From positions 704,001-768,000 of the forward strand of contig CAVTRY010000011.1 in the NCBI GenBank assembly GCA_963737265.1: a stretch of 64,000 bases of DNA. Reading direction: 5' to 3'. The position numbers and the translations under genes are program-made. The stretch is from an uncultured delta proteobacterium (GTDB lineage Bacteria; Myxococcota_A; Polyangia; Fen-1088). A model generated the notes under the pieces. It worked only from the letters and a program-made list of their open reading frames with translations. It was not told the origin of the DNA and searched no databases. Positions 20,114-29,780 of this stretch are shown piece after piece; the first letter of the stretch is position 1, and the number at the start of each line of letters is the position of its first letter.

Positions 20114-22342
20114 ATGTCGAAAATGCTCGTCTCTGGCCTCGTCACATGCGGCCTTCTGCTCGCCTGCCGAGGAACCGGGGCGCACAACGCTGAAGCCAAG
20201 GATCGCACCGCCCAGGCTGCCGTGCCCGCCCCGACCGCGCCATCGGCCGCAGGACCTGCTCTCGATGAGGGCGGACCCTTGATGAATCTCGTCGCCTCGC
20301 GTGCGCTCTGGCATCTCTACGGGGAAGGACTCATCATTCCGTTTGCCAGCGAGGGCTTGCGCAAATACAGCCAGGAATACACCAGCCCCTGGCGAGGGAT
20401 TTCAAAGCTCGACGATCGCCTCGGGCGCGTTCTCGGATCCACCGCGGCCACGCTACACTTTCCGTGGAACAGTGGCGCCGACGAAGCAACCGTGATCGTG
20501 CGGCTACACGGCGGCTCGGCGGGCAAGAAGCTGTCCGTGCGGCTCAACGGCCGGCAAATCAAGAACACGACCTTGGAATCCAGCTGGCAGCAGGTCGCGA
20601 TGGCCGTTCCCGCGGGTGTGCTTGCAAAGGGCGAAAACACGCTCGCGCTGGCCGTCGGAAAGAAGGGGGCGCTCTTTCATTCGGTCGAGATCGTCGCGGG
20701 CAAGGCAGCACAGCCCAGCGAAAGTTGGCCCACGTCATCGCCCGCGGCGCGAACATCGGTCGGGGGCAAAGAACAGGAATGCCTGACCGGATTCGCCCGC
20801 ATGGTCATGCCCATCGAGATTCCACGCGACGGATGGCTTGTGGTGAGCACCGCCGCCACCAAGACCGCTGCACGCTTTCATATCACGGTGACGCCGGAGG
20901 GCCAACCGGCGAAGGTATTGCTCGACGAAAAGCAAGAACCCGGAACCGTGCGCGAGCGGCGTTTGCCGCTGGCCGAGTTTTCCGAGCGGCTAGTGGCCCT
21001 CGAGCTCGCCGCCAGCGCGGGCCGCCCGAGTGACGCCCTCTGGGTTGCGCCACGCATTCTCCTGCCCGCGGTCAGCTCGCGACCTCATCCCGAACCCGTG
21101 CACAACCTCATCCTGCTAGTCGCGGACGCTCTGCGCGCGGACAAGCTTCCAATGTATGCGAACACGCGCGTGCGAGCGCCCAACATCGCCGAGGCCGCGC
21201 GAACGACCGGCGTCACCTTCACCGCAACCCAGGCCGCATCGCCGTCGTCGCCGCCTTCGCACGCCAGCATTCAGAGCGGCTGCTTGCCGCGCAAACACGG
21301 CATCCTGGGCGACGCAAGCAAGCTGAATCCAGACACGCCCATGGTAAGCACCAGCTTGGCCAAGGCCGGCATCGCGACCGACTTCGTGGGTGACGCTTCG
21401 TTCGCCATGAACCGTCTCAAGCCAGCCTGCACCTGGTCCGAGTTTCACCAACCCAATGCCGAAGGCCACGGCGGCGACTGCTCGGCCGTGGTCAAGCAGA
21501 TCCTGGCCTTTGCCGACAAACAGGCGGGCAAGCGATTCTTCGTCTCGTCCGTTGCCTTCGAGGCCCACACGCCCTACATCTACCATCAAGGCACCACCGA
21601 ACATTACTACGACGGTCCCATGGATCACGCCATCGGCAAGAGCCCCGACGGCACCATCCTCAACGCCATCGTGGGCGGCCGGCTGACCATGACGCCAGCA
21701 CGCTGGGGACAACTCAAGGGCCTCTACGACGGCGAGGTCGAGCACCTCGATGGATGCTTCGGCGCAATCTCCGACGGGCTGAAGTCGCGCGGGCTTGGCG
21801 ACAACACGGCCGTGGTTTTGCTTTCGGACCATGGCGAGGGTTTTCTCGAACACGGAGGCATGGGCCACGCCTTCGGCCACTACGCCGAGCTCACCAATGT
21901 GCCCTTAGTGTTCTTCGCGCCGGGCCTTGGTCACGGCCAGAAGATCGCAACCGTGGTCGGTCACGCCGACGTGAATCCGACCATTCTGGACCTAATGGGC
22001 GTCGGCCCCGAGGCGCGGGTCCAGGGCGAAAGCCTGCTGCCGATGATTCTCCGCCAAGGCCCATGGGTTCCGCGCGTGATGCCGTCCGAATACGGGCGCA
22101 GTTACTCGCTGCGTTCGCGCGGTTTGCACTATATCGTCGACTACTCAGGAAACGAATCGCTCTACGACATCGCGGCCGACCCAAGCGAGAAGAAAGAAAT
22201 CAAGAACGACCGGCCCTGGGCTTGGCGGTACATGCGCGACCTCGCCGGCATCTACCTCGCCCATCGTGCCCGCTGGCACGCGACCACCTGGGGCACGCTC
22301 AACAACCACGGCCCGGGTTTCGTCGCGGCGACCGGCGAGTAG
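20114..22342 (+). CDS. sulfatase-like / alkaline-phosphatase-superfamily lipoprotein
   Basis: LLAC lipobox, N-terminal beta domains, NLILLVADALRAD, SPPSHASIQSG, EAHTPY, YDGEVEHLD, LLSDHGEGF.EHG and VPL..GHADV.PTILDL. Confidence 0.88.
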   Translation: MSKMLVSGLVTCGLLLACRGTGAHNAEAKDRTAQAAVPAPTAPSAAGPALDEGGPLMNLVASRALWHLYGEGLIIPFASEGLRKYSQEYTSPWRGISKLDDRLGRVLGSTAATLHFPWNSGADEATVIVRLHGGSAGKKLSVRLNGRQIKNTTLESSWQQVAMAVPAGVLAKGENTLALAVGKKGALFHSVEIVAGKAAQPSESWPTSSPAARTSVGGKEQECLTGFARMVMPIEIPRDGWLVVSTAATKTAARFHITVTPEGQPAKVLLDEKQEPGTVRERRLPLAEFSERLVALELAASAGRPSDALWVAPRILLPAVSSRPHPEPVHNLILLVADALRADKLPMYANTRVRAPNIAEAARTTGVTFTATQAASPSSPPSHASIQSGCLPRKHGILGDASKLNPDTPMVSTSLAKAGIATDFVGDASFAMNRLKPACTWSEFHQPNAEGHGGDCSAVVKQILAFADKQAGKRFFVSSVAFEAHTPYIYHQGTTEHYYDGPMDHAIGKSPDGTILNAIVGGRLTMTPARWGQLKGLYDGEVEHLDGCFGAISDGLKSRGLGDNTAVVLLSDHGEGFLEHGGMGHAFGHYAELTNVPLVFFAPGLGHGQKIATVVGHADVNPTILDLMGVGPEARVQGESLLPMILRQGPWVPRVMPSEYGRSYSLRSRGLHYIVDYSGNESLYDIAADPSEKKEIKNDRPWAWRYMRDLAGIYLAHRARWHATTWGTLNNHGPGFVAATGE

Positions 22343-22351
22343 TATTGGGCA

Positions 22352-22832
22352 TCATCGAAAAGCTTTGATGAGTGCCCCGGCCCGCGCCCGAAGTGACTTG
22401 TCGTGTGGCGATATGGCTGGGATCTTGCGGTCGATGCCGAGCAACTCATACACAGCCATCTGGGCGGCCGCACCGAGTACTCCACCGTGAAAACAACGTC
22501 ACCCTGAATTTCGACGAATTGACTGATGAACGCGAGGTTCTTCGAGCCGCGAGGAACCGGCAACGGGCGGTCTGCGTGGCTGCGGGGCATGAACATGATG
22601 GTGATGTAAGGCATCCTGCAGGGGATGCAGTTGGCCAATTCAACCGTCTCCGGATCGAATCGCAAGTGACCGCAGAGCTCTTGCAGGATATTCGTGCCAT
22701 TGCATTCAGACATTGGCTTGGCAACGAAATTGCCGACCCGATCCGGAAATAGCGAGTATCCCCAGAAGACTTGCACATCGCCAGACTGGTCTGCGAAGTG
22801 CGGCTGATGGGCCAGGACGATCGACATCAGCG
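22352..22832 (-). pseudogene. oleate hydratase (MCRA family) C-terminal remnant
   Basis: LMSIVLAHQPHF, VQVFWGYSLFPDRVGNFVAKPMSEC, CIPCRMPYIT..FMPR, NLAFISQFVEI..DVVFTVEYSVR. A 1-nt loss near 22468 breaks (A)AQMAVYELLG...LIKAFR*, and the N-terminal FAD-binding part is absent. Confidence 0.85.
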
Positions 22833-23043
22833 CATGAGGGATGCGCGTACCGTTCGAGGCTGAAGTGACCTGGCAGCTCGATACCCGACCGTACACCTAC
22901 GCGCATTGGTTGGTCGATTCAATGGACTACGACGAAATACACCCAATGCAAATGCAAGCACGGTGACCCGATTGTTTCCGTGTTGTGCCGAGGCAATTGG
23001 ACCAGCGGCACCGCCGGGGAAGGACTGACTCGCTCAATATGCT

Positions 23044-23931
23044 CTACAGTGTCACCAGCGTGCCGACGCCCTTTTCGGTAAACAGCTCGACCACCACGCT
23101 GTGCGGTTCGCGGCCGTCGACGACATGCACGGCCTCCACACCCCCCTCGAGGGCGCGCAGAATCGCCCGCGACTTCACCGCCATTCCGCCCTTGACCGCT
23201 TTGCCTTCCTGCAGGCGCCCGCGCAGATCCGCGGTTTGCAGCGCGCTCAGCAGCTGGCCGTTCTCGTCGAGAATTCCCGCGACGTCGGTGAGGAAGATGA
23301 GCTTCTTGGCGTGCGCGGCGACGGCCATTTCGGCGGCGACCACGTCGGCGTTGATGTTGTAGCTGCTGCCGTCGCTGCCCAGGCCCACCGGCGAGATTAC
23401 CGGGATGTAGTTCTTGTCGAGAAGCATTTCGAGAACCTCGGCGTTGATGGACTCGACCTCGCCCACCAAGCCCATATCGGGCTTGCCTGGCTTGGTCTCC
23501 AGCTTTCGCGCCCTGATAAGATTGGCGTCCTTGCCGGATAGGCCCATGGCCACGCCGCCAAGGGTGTTGATGAGCCCGACAATTTCGGTGTTTACCTTGC
23601 CGGTGAGCACCATTTCGACCACGCCCATCTCGACCGTGCCCGTCACGCGCTGGCCGTCGACGAACTGACTTTTCTGACCCAGCCGATCGAGGGTGCGCGT
23701 GATTTCCGGACCGCCGCCGTGGACGATCACCGGACGCAGCCCGGCCGCCTGTAACAGCACCACATCCAGCGCGAAGCTGCGCTTGAGCTCGGGCTGCACC
23801 ATGGCCGCGCCGCCGTACTTGATGACGGCTCTAGTGCCAGAAAACTTCTGGATGTATTTGAGCGCCTCGACCACCAGCTCGCGCCGGTCGACGAGGGACT
23901 CCGTGGCAGGGGCTTGTTCGACGTCGGTCAT
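23044..23931 (-). CDS. argB: acetylglutamate kinase
   Basis: VIKYGGAAM, VHGGGPEI, GLSGKDA, IPVISPVG, YNINAD, LTDVAG, KGGMAVK, ELFTEKGVGT. Confidence 0.97.
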   Translation of the reverse strand: MTDVEQAPATESLVDRRELVVEALKYIQKFSGTRAVIKYGGAAMVQPELKRSFALDVVLLQAAGLRPVIVHGGGPEITRTLDRLGQKSQFVDGQRVTGTVEMGVVEMVLTGKVNTEIVGLINTLGGVAMGLSGKDANLIRARKLETKPGKPDMGLVGEVESINAEVLEMLLDKNYIPVISPVGLGSDGSSYNINADVVAAEMAVAAHAKKLIFLTDVAGILDENGQLLSALQTADLRGRLQEGKAVKGGMAVKSRAILRALEGGVEAVHVVDGREPHSVVVELFTEKGVGTLVTL

Positions 23932-25007
23932 GGCAGGTGCCCCGCGAGCGCGAGAAGGCCGGTGGTTTCCGGCAAACCAAACATCAGGTTGGCGTTTTGC
24001 ACCGCCTGCCCGGCCGCGCCCTTGACCAGGTTATCGATGGCCGCGAACGATACGGCCACGCCGCGCTTGGCGTCGGCAGCCGCGCCAAGCACCACGCGAT
24101 TGGTTCCCACCACCGCTTGCAAGCGAACTTCCTCGGGCGCGACGATCTTGATAAACGGCTTGCCCTCGGCGAAGTCGGACAGCGCCCGCTTCACCGCGAC
24201 GGCGGGATCCGCTCCGCCAGCGCCGGGTTTGAGGCGGCAGTACGCCGCGGCCAGAATTCCTCGCCGCACCGGCAAGAGATGGGGCGTGAAGGTCACCTTC
24301 GCGCCGGGCGCACCCGCAAGATCGAGCGCGCGCTCGATCTCGGGTTGGTGCTGGTGGCGCAAGACCCGATACGCCCGTATATCGTCGGCAACCTCAGTGA
24401 ACGACCAATCCTCGCTGGCCTTGCGCCCACCGCCGGTGGTGCCGCTCTTGGCGTCGATGAAGATGGGGTCGGTCTCAATCAGGCCCGCGCGCAGCAGCGG
24501 CAACACCGTCAACGTGCATGCCGTGGGATAGCAGCCGGGGTTGGAAACCAAGCGCGCCGTGCGCAGCTTCGCGGCAGTGTCGGTTGCCTCGGGCATGGAG
24601 TACACGGCATCGCTAAGCAGGTGCGCGTTGGCGTGGGAGAATCCGTACCACGTCGGATAGTCGCCCGCGGCCAGACGGAAGCCGCCGGACAGGTCGACGA
24701 CGCGGGTGCCGGCGGCCAACGCGACGGGCGCGAGCGCCACCGAAGCCTCGGCTGGCGTGCAAAAGAAAACGACGTCGAGCTCGCCGAAACGCGCCTGCCC
24801 TTCGGTGTGAGTCGCGCACAGCAAGTCGGCGGCCGGTCCCGCCACGGCGACCCGATCCCCAAGGCGCTTGCCCTGCCAGCGATCCGTGGTCACCACCGTC
24901 GGCACGAAAACAGGATGGTTGGACAGAATACGCGCCAGCTCGATTCCGGAATAGCCGGAGACGCCCACGATGCCTGCCTGCTTCTTTGCGGTGGGTGATT
25001 CACTCAT
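23928..25007 (-). CDS. argC: N-acetyl-gamma-glutamyl-phosphate reductase
   Basis: GVSGYSG, VVDLSGGFRL, SNPGCYPT, DAKSGTTGGG, HQHQPEI, FTPHLLP, IDNLVKGAAGQAVQNAN. Confidence 0.97.
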   Translation of the reverse strand: MSESPTAKKQAGIVGVSGYSGIELARILSNHPVFVPTVVTTDRWQGKRLGDRVAVAGPAADLLCATHTEGQARFGELDVVFFCTPAEASVALAPVALAAGTRVVDLSGGFRLAAGDYPTWYGFSHANAHLLSDAVYSMPEATDTAAKLRTARLVSNPGCYPTACTLTVLPLLRAGLIETDPIFIDAKSGTTGGGRKASEDWSFTEVADDIRAYRVLRHQHQPEIERALDLAGAPGAKVTFTPHLLPVRRGILAAAYCRLKPGAGGADPAVAVKRALSDFAEGKPFIKIVAPEEVRLQAVVGTNRVVLGAAADAKRGVAVSFAAIDNLVKGAAGQAVQNANLMFGLPETTGLLALAGHLP

Positions 25008-25043
25008 GCTTGGAACTAATCACATCGCCCATCGCGAGATCAA

Positions 25044-25487
25044 TCATCCCGTGTGGCCAAAGCCGCCGCTGCCGCGCGCGGTTGGTGACAATTCCGCGAC
25101 TTCTTCCGCCGTGGCGCGCGCAACCGGAGCGATCACCATTTGCGCCACGCGGTCGCCTGGCGCGATGGTGTGTGCCTCCTGTCCCAGATTCACGAGCAGA
25201 ACGACGACCTCGCCGCGATAGTCTCTGTCGATGGTGCCGGGAGCGTTCACCACCGTGACCCCGTGGCGTAAGGCCAGCCCAGAACGCGGCCGAACCTGGG
25301 CCTCGTAGCCCACTGGCAGTTCCATGGACCACCCCGTGGGCACGCCCAGTCGCTGCCCCGGCGCAAGGGTGAGAGGATCGTCGCTGGCCGAGGCGAGATC
25401 CATCCCGGCCGCGCCCTCGGTCATGTAGCGCGGAAGCACGGCAGATGGCCGCAACCGGCGAAAGAGAACCTTGAGTCCGCCCACCAT
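25044..25487 (-). CDS. dut: dUTP diphosphatase
   Basis: [44 protein letters not shown]. Confidence 0.98.
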   Translation of the reverse strand: MVGGLKVLFRRLRPSAVLPRYMTEGAAGMDLASASDDPLTLAPGQRLGVPTGWSMELPVGYEAQVRPRSGLALRHGVTVVNAPGTIDRDYRGEVVVLLVNLGQEAHTIAPGDRVAQMVIAPVARATAEEVAELSPTARGSGGFGHTG

Positions 25488-25499
25488 CGCGTTCCGGAA

Positions 25500-26459
25500 C
25501 TAAAACTTCAGATTCTTGTGGATGCGTCCCACGGGCTCGTCGAAGTCGGGAACGAATTCGCGTCCCGTGACCAGCTCGTAAAGTGCCACATACCGGCGTG
25601 CCGATTCGCAGCGAACCTCGTCGGTAAGCGGCGGCGGCGCGCCGTCGCCGGTGTAGCCTTGTTCCGCGAGCACGCGGCGCACGTATTCCTTGTCGAGGCC
25701 GCGCGGTTCCTCGCCACGCTCGAAGCGTTCCTGGTGGTCGTCGGCGTACCAGTAGCGCGAGCTGTCCGGGGTGTGTACTTCGTCGACGAAGCACAGACTC
25801 CCGTCGCGGCGGCGGCCAATCTCGTACTTGGTATCGACCAGGACCAACCCACGCTGCGAAGCCAAGCTCTGGCCAAAAGCAAAGACGCGCGCGCACATCT
25901 CGGCCGCGCGGTCGAACTCCGCCGAGGTCAGGGCGCCCATCGCCAAAACCTCATCGCGCGAAACCGATTTGTCGTGATCGCCCTTCTCGGCCTTGGTCGA
26001 CGGCGTGAGAATCGGCCGCTCGAGCTTCTGGTTCTTGCGCATGCCATCCGGCAAGTCGTGGCCGCAGAACCGGCGCACACCGTGCGAGTAGTGGTACCAA
26101 ATCGAGGTCGTCGTCACGCCGGTCAAATAGGCACGCATGACGAATTCGACGGGCAAGATTTCGCACTCGGTAGCGATCATCACCGTCGGATCGGGAACGT
26201 CGAGCACGTGATTCGATGCCAGGTGTTTGGTGACGTCGAACCAGTAGGCGGCGATCTGGTTGAGGACCTGGCCCTTGAACGGAATCGTCCCCAGCACCAC
26301 GTCAAAGGCGCTGATCCTGTCGGTCACGACGATAGTGCGCCGGTTGTCCTTGGTGTAGCAGTCCCTGACCTTGCCGGCATACCTCTTTCCCAGCGCAGGA
26401 AAGCTCGTCGTCTCCAACGTCTTCGCAAGTTGGGCTTTGATCAGGTCGTCTGAAATCAT
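25500..26459 (-). CDS. purC: phosphoribosylaminoimidazole-succinocarboxamide synthase
   Basis: [55 protein letters not shown]. Confidence 0.97.
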   Translation of the reverse strand: MISDDLIKAQLAKTLETTSFPALGKRYAGKVRDCYTKDNRRTIVVTDRISAFDVVLGTIPFKGQVLNQIAAYWFDVTKHLASNHVLDVPDPTVMIATECEILPVEFVMRAYLTGVTTTSIWYHYSHGVRRFCGHDLPDGMRKNQKLERPILTPSTKAEKGDHDKSVSRDEVLAMGALTSAEFDRAAEMCARVFAFGQSLASQRGLVLVDTKYEIGRRRDGSLCFVDEVHTPDSSRYWYADDHQERFERGEEPRGLDKEYVRRVLAEQGYTGDGAPPPLTDEVRCESARRYVALYELVTGREFVPDFDEPVGRIHKNLKF

Positions 26460-26483
26460 TGCGGTTCTCCTCGGTCTTTGACT

Positions 26484-27815
26484 TTACGTGTCCCGGTCGC
26501 GCATGGCGCGGTCGATGATCGTGCCGCTCCAACGCAAGTGATGTTTCAAATCAAAGACGCGATCCAGATCGGCGGGCGAAAGGCGCGTCGAAATCTCGGG
26601 ATCCGTGCCCAGCCGCGCGCGGAAACTTGGCGCCAAGCTCGCCGCTCCGCCCAATTCGGCCGACACGGCCAGCGCGTGCTTCTGCACCAGCTCGTAGGCG
26701 GCCTGGCGGGCCAGTCCCGTACGTACCAAGGCCAACATGACTCCCTCGCTGAAATACAAACCGCCGGTGTGGTCGAGATTGCGGCGCATGCGCTCGGAAT
26801 ACACCACCAGGCCCTCCACCAGTCCCGCCGCGCGCTGGACCATGAAATCCGCGATGCCGGTGGCGTCGGGCCCGATCACTCGCTCAACCGAAGAGTGCGA
26901 AATATCTCGCTCGTGCCAAAGAGCGACGTCTTCCAACGCCGAGCTTCCATAGGCGCGCAGAAGGCGCGCGAGGCCGCAAAGATTCTCCGAAAGGATTGGG
27001 TTCTTCTTGTGCGGCATGGCCGACGAGCCTTTTTGGCCCTTGCCGAACGCCTCCGCCGCCTCGCCCACCTCGGTACGCTGCCAGTGGCGGACGGTGAGAG
27101 CGAGGCGCTCCACCGCAGTTCCGAGGCGCGCCAAGGCCATGAAGTATCCGGCGTGTCGGTCGCGCGCCACGATCTGCGTGGGCACCACCTCGGGATGCAA
27201 CCCAAGCGAGCCGAGCGCGCGCGTTTCGATTTCGGGATCCAGGCTCGCGTACGTTCCAACAGCGCCCGCGATCTTGCCCACCGAGATTTCCTCGCGCGCC
27301 ATCATGAATGCCCGGCGCGCCCGACCGACCTCGGTGAAAAAGCCCGCGAACACCAAGCCCGCGACGATGGGCTCGGCGTGAATGCCGTGGGATCGCCCGA
27401 TCATCAGGGTCTCGCGGTGCTCGTCCGCCTTGCGTGCGAGCGCCGCGCGCAGTTGGTCGATGCCGTCGAGGATGGCGTCTGCCGCCTGACGCAGCAGAAT
27501 GGCAAAAGAAGCATCGAGGACGTCCGACGACGTCATCCCGAGGTGCAGCCAGCGCGCGGGCGCGCCCGCCAACTCCTCGACATGGGTCAGAAAGGCGATG
27601 ACGTCGTGACGTGTCCGCTCCTCGATTTCGAGGATGCGCTTTGCGTCCAGTTTCCCTGCCGCCTTCGCCCGCACCTCCGCCGCCGTGCCAGTGGGGACAA
27701 GCCCTGCGCCTTCCATGGCCTCGCACGCCGCCAGCTCGACCTTTAGCCAGGTGTCATAGCGCCGCGCATCGGACCAAATCTCCGCCAGCACGGGCCGGGT
27801 GTATCTGTCAATCAT
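26484..27815 (-). CDS. purB: adenylosuccinate lyase
   Basis: [33 protein letters not shown] and signature [11 protein letters not shown]. Confidence 0.98.
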   Translation of the reverse strand: MIDRYTRPVLAEIWSDARRYDTWLKVELAACEAMEGAGLVPTGTAAEVRAKAAGKLDAKRILEIEERTRHDVIAFLTHVEELAGAPARWLHLGMTSSDVLDASFAILLRQAADAILDGIDQLRAALARKADEHRETLMIGRSHGIHAEPIVAGLVFAGFFTEVGRARRAFMMAREEISVGKIAGAVGTYASLDPEIETRALGSLGLHPEVVPTQIVARDRHAGYFMALARLGTAVERLALTVRHWQRTEVGEAAEAFGKGQKGSSAMPHKKNPILSENLCGLARLLRAYGSSALEDVALWHERDISHSSVERVIGPDATGIADFMVQRAAGLVEGLVVYSERMRRNLDHTGGLYFSEGVMLALVRTGLARQAAYELVQKHALAVSAELGGAASLAPSFRARLGTDPEISTRLSPADLDRVFDLKHHLRWSGTIIDRAMRDRDT

Positions 27816-27932
27816 GTCGGTCCTTTTGGGTTCCGCTGCTCAGGTTCGCGTTTCAAGGCATGTCGGGTTCCGACTTCGGGAAGGCGTGTTTCTAGCGGAA
27901 GAGGCGATCCTATTCAATGGTTACGCCCTCCC

Positions 27933-28157
27933 TCATCGCCCACCGTTCATGGGAATGGTGCCCGTGCCGACCAAAATGGCCAGGATCCCCACCACGACGA
28001 ACAGGAACATTCGAAGGATGGTCGCGTTGGCCAGCCGCGACGCCGATGCCTTGCCCTTCGTTTGCGGACGCACGAACCACTGTAGGACCGCACAGGCGAT
28101 GAGAATCGCGCCGCCAAACAAGAAGAACCTGTGACCAAACGCAGCGACGTTGTTCAT
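27933..28157 (-). CDS. small two-TM membrane protein
   Basis: 74 aa with two hydrophobic segments. ATG overlaps the aminotransferase TGA. Confidence 0.6.
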   Translation of the reverse strand: MNNVAAFGHRFFLFGGAILIACAVLQWFVRPQTKGKASASRLANATILRMFLFVVVGILAILVGTGTIPMNGGR

Positions 28158-29023
28158 TGCACCTCATCCACCAGGCGCCGATAGAGATCGAGGAGCCTCC
28201 GCGTAATGGGGCCGGGGCGTCCGTCGCCAACCCGCACACCATCCACCGTGGTCACCGGCAAAATGCCACGAACCGCGCTGGTAATAAATGCCTCGTCGGC
28301 CGATCGAAGCCTTTCCGGGCTCAAGAAGCCAAGCTCGCGCGCCGCAATCCCATTGGCGCGGGCCAGCCCGAGCACCTTGCCCCGCGTGACGCCGTCGAGA
28401 ATTCCGACATCGAGCGCTGGCGTTTGGAGCTCACTCCGTTCGACGCAGAAAATATTGCTGGTGGCACCTTCCGCGACGCTACCGTTTGCGGCACACAGAA
28501 TCGCCTCGTTGACCTGGGGCCCGTGTCGCCGCGCTTCCGCGATGGCCAACACGCTGTTCAAGTAGTTTCCAGACTTCACCGCGGGAGAAACGCTGCCAGG
28601 CGCAGCCCTCGACACAGAAACCGTCTGGACGGCCACGCCAGCTTCGAGCGCCTCGGCAGTCGGCGCTCCCAAGGGTTGAGCGATCACGATGATGTGCGGC
28701 GCTTTCGCGCTGGCAGGGTCGATGTCAACGGCACCCACGCCTCGCGTAACGATGACGCGAACGCGGGCGTCCTTGTCGCCGGTCGCGACGACCGTCTCGC
28801 GAATGGCCTGCTCGATGGCGCCACGTTCCGGAAGCTCCAGGTAGATCCGCTGCGCTGACCGTTCAAGTCGATCGATATGCTCGGCTAGAAAGATCAGCCG
28901 ATGGCCGACCAGAGCAACGGTCTCGTACACGCTGTCGCCGAATAGGAAGCCCCGGTCGAACACCGAAACCCTGGCGTCTTCTGGTTCGCGCACCTTGCCG
29001 TCGATGTGGACACGAATTGACAT
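28154..29023 (-). CDS. class IV aminotransferase (IlvE/Dat/PabC family)
   Basis: DRGFLFGDSVYET, HIDRLERSA, VKSGNYL (PLP Lys), EGATSN, ILDGVTR, DEAFITS, GPIT. Confidence 0.93.
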   Translation of the reverse strand: MSIRVHIDGKVREPEDARVSVFDRGFLFGDSVYETVALVGHRLIFLAEHIDRLERSAQRIYLELPERGAIEQAIRETVVATGDKDARVRVIVTRGVGAVDIDPASAKAPHIIVIAQPLGAPTAEALEAGVAVQTVSVSRAAPGSVSPAVKSGNYLNSVLAIAEARRHGPQVNEAILCAANGSVAEGATSNIFCVERSELQTPALDVGILDGVTRGKVLGLARANGIAARELGFLSPERLRSADEAFITSAVRGILPVTTVDGVRVGDGRPGPITRRLLDLYRRLVDEVQ

Positions 29024-29107
29024 AAAAGTGAGTGTCAGTCAAAGCTAGTACAATAACCACGGGTCAGCTACAACGCTGAACTGCCATCGCGGGAGGGAGG
29101 GAGATTC

Positions 29108-29728
29108 TTGAAGATTCTCCGAGTTCGCTGTAAGAGCGCAGAAGAATTTCGCAGCCTATACTGCACGGATCACCCTGACGGCGCGCTTTTCTGCCCGACG
29201 ACCGCCGAGTTGCCTGTCGAGGCACCCGTGGTGGTGGAGCTCATTTGCAAGGGTTTGCCCAACAAGGTCTTCGTTCGTGGTGTCGTCATGTCATGGCGTC
29301 CAGCCCGGCCCCGCCTACGTATTCGAGCGGGCGCCCTGGTTCGGTTCTCTGCCGAGGAAACCGCCAAACGGGATTTCGTGCTGGAAACGCTCATGGGAAC
29401 GCGCAAGCCGACCCCGAAACGGAGGCACACCCGCATCCCCATCGGACTCGCCGTCAGCGTACGCCTCGGCAACGAACCCGACGCGCTAGCGGCCGAGTTG
29501 CGCGAGATCAGCGTCAGCGGCGGCTTGGTCGTGACCGCCGTCCAGCCCCCGATTGGCACGGATTTGGTCGTGGATATCGTGCCGCCCGGTGGAATCACGC
29601 CAATGTCGATCTCCTGCCGCGTAATTTATCACGCAGGCCCCGGCCAATGCGGTGTCAAGTTCATGTTCCGCGAAGGCGGAGGCTCCCGCCGCCTGCGCGA
29701 ATTGGTTCGCCGCTTCAAATTCTCGTAG
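29108..29728 (+). CDS. tandem PilZ-domain protein
   Basis: GGGAGG RBS and TTG start. Degenerate first PilZ, then second PilZ with RRHTR (RxxxR) and EISVSG, ending CRVIY..GVKF. Confidence 0.8.
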   Translation: MKILRVRCKSAEEFRSLYCTDHPDGALFCPTTAELPVEAPVVVELICKGLPNKVFVRGVVMSWRPARPRLRIRAGALVRFSAEETAKRDFVLETLMGTRKPTPKRRHTRIPIGLAVSVRLGNEPDALAAELREISVSGGLVVTAVQPPIGTDLVVDIVPPGGITPMSISCRVIYHAGPGQCGVKFMFREGGGSRRLRELVRRFKFS

Positions 29729-29760
29729 GTTTTTCTGGCCCAGCGTTCTCGTGGCAAGCC

Positions 29761-29766
29761 TATAAT
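29761..29766 (+). promoter_or_regulatory. consensus -10 box upstream of the pseudokinase gene
   Basis: TATAAT in a high-GC intergenic gap, 11-14 nt before the GTG/ATG start. Confidence 0.35.
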
Positions 29767-29780
29767 GTGTTCCTTCCGTG

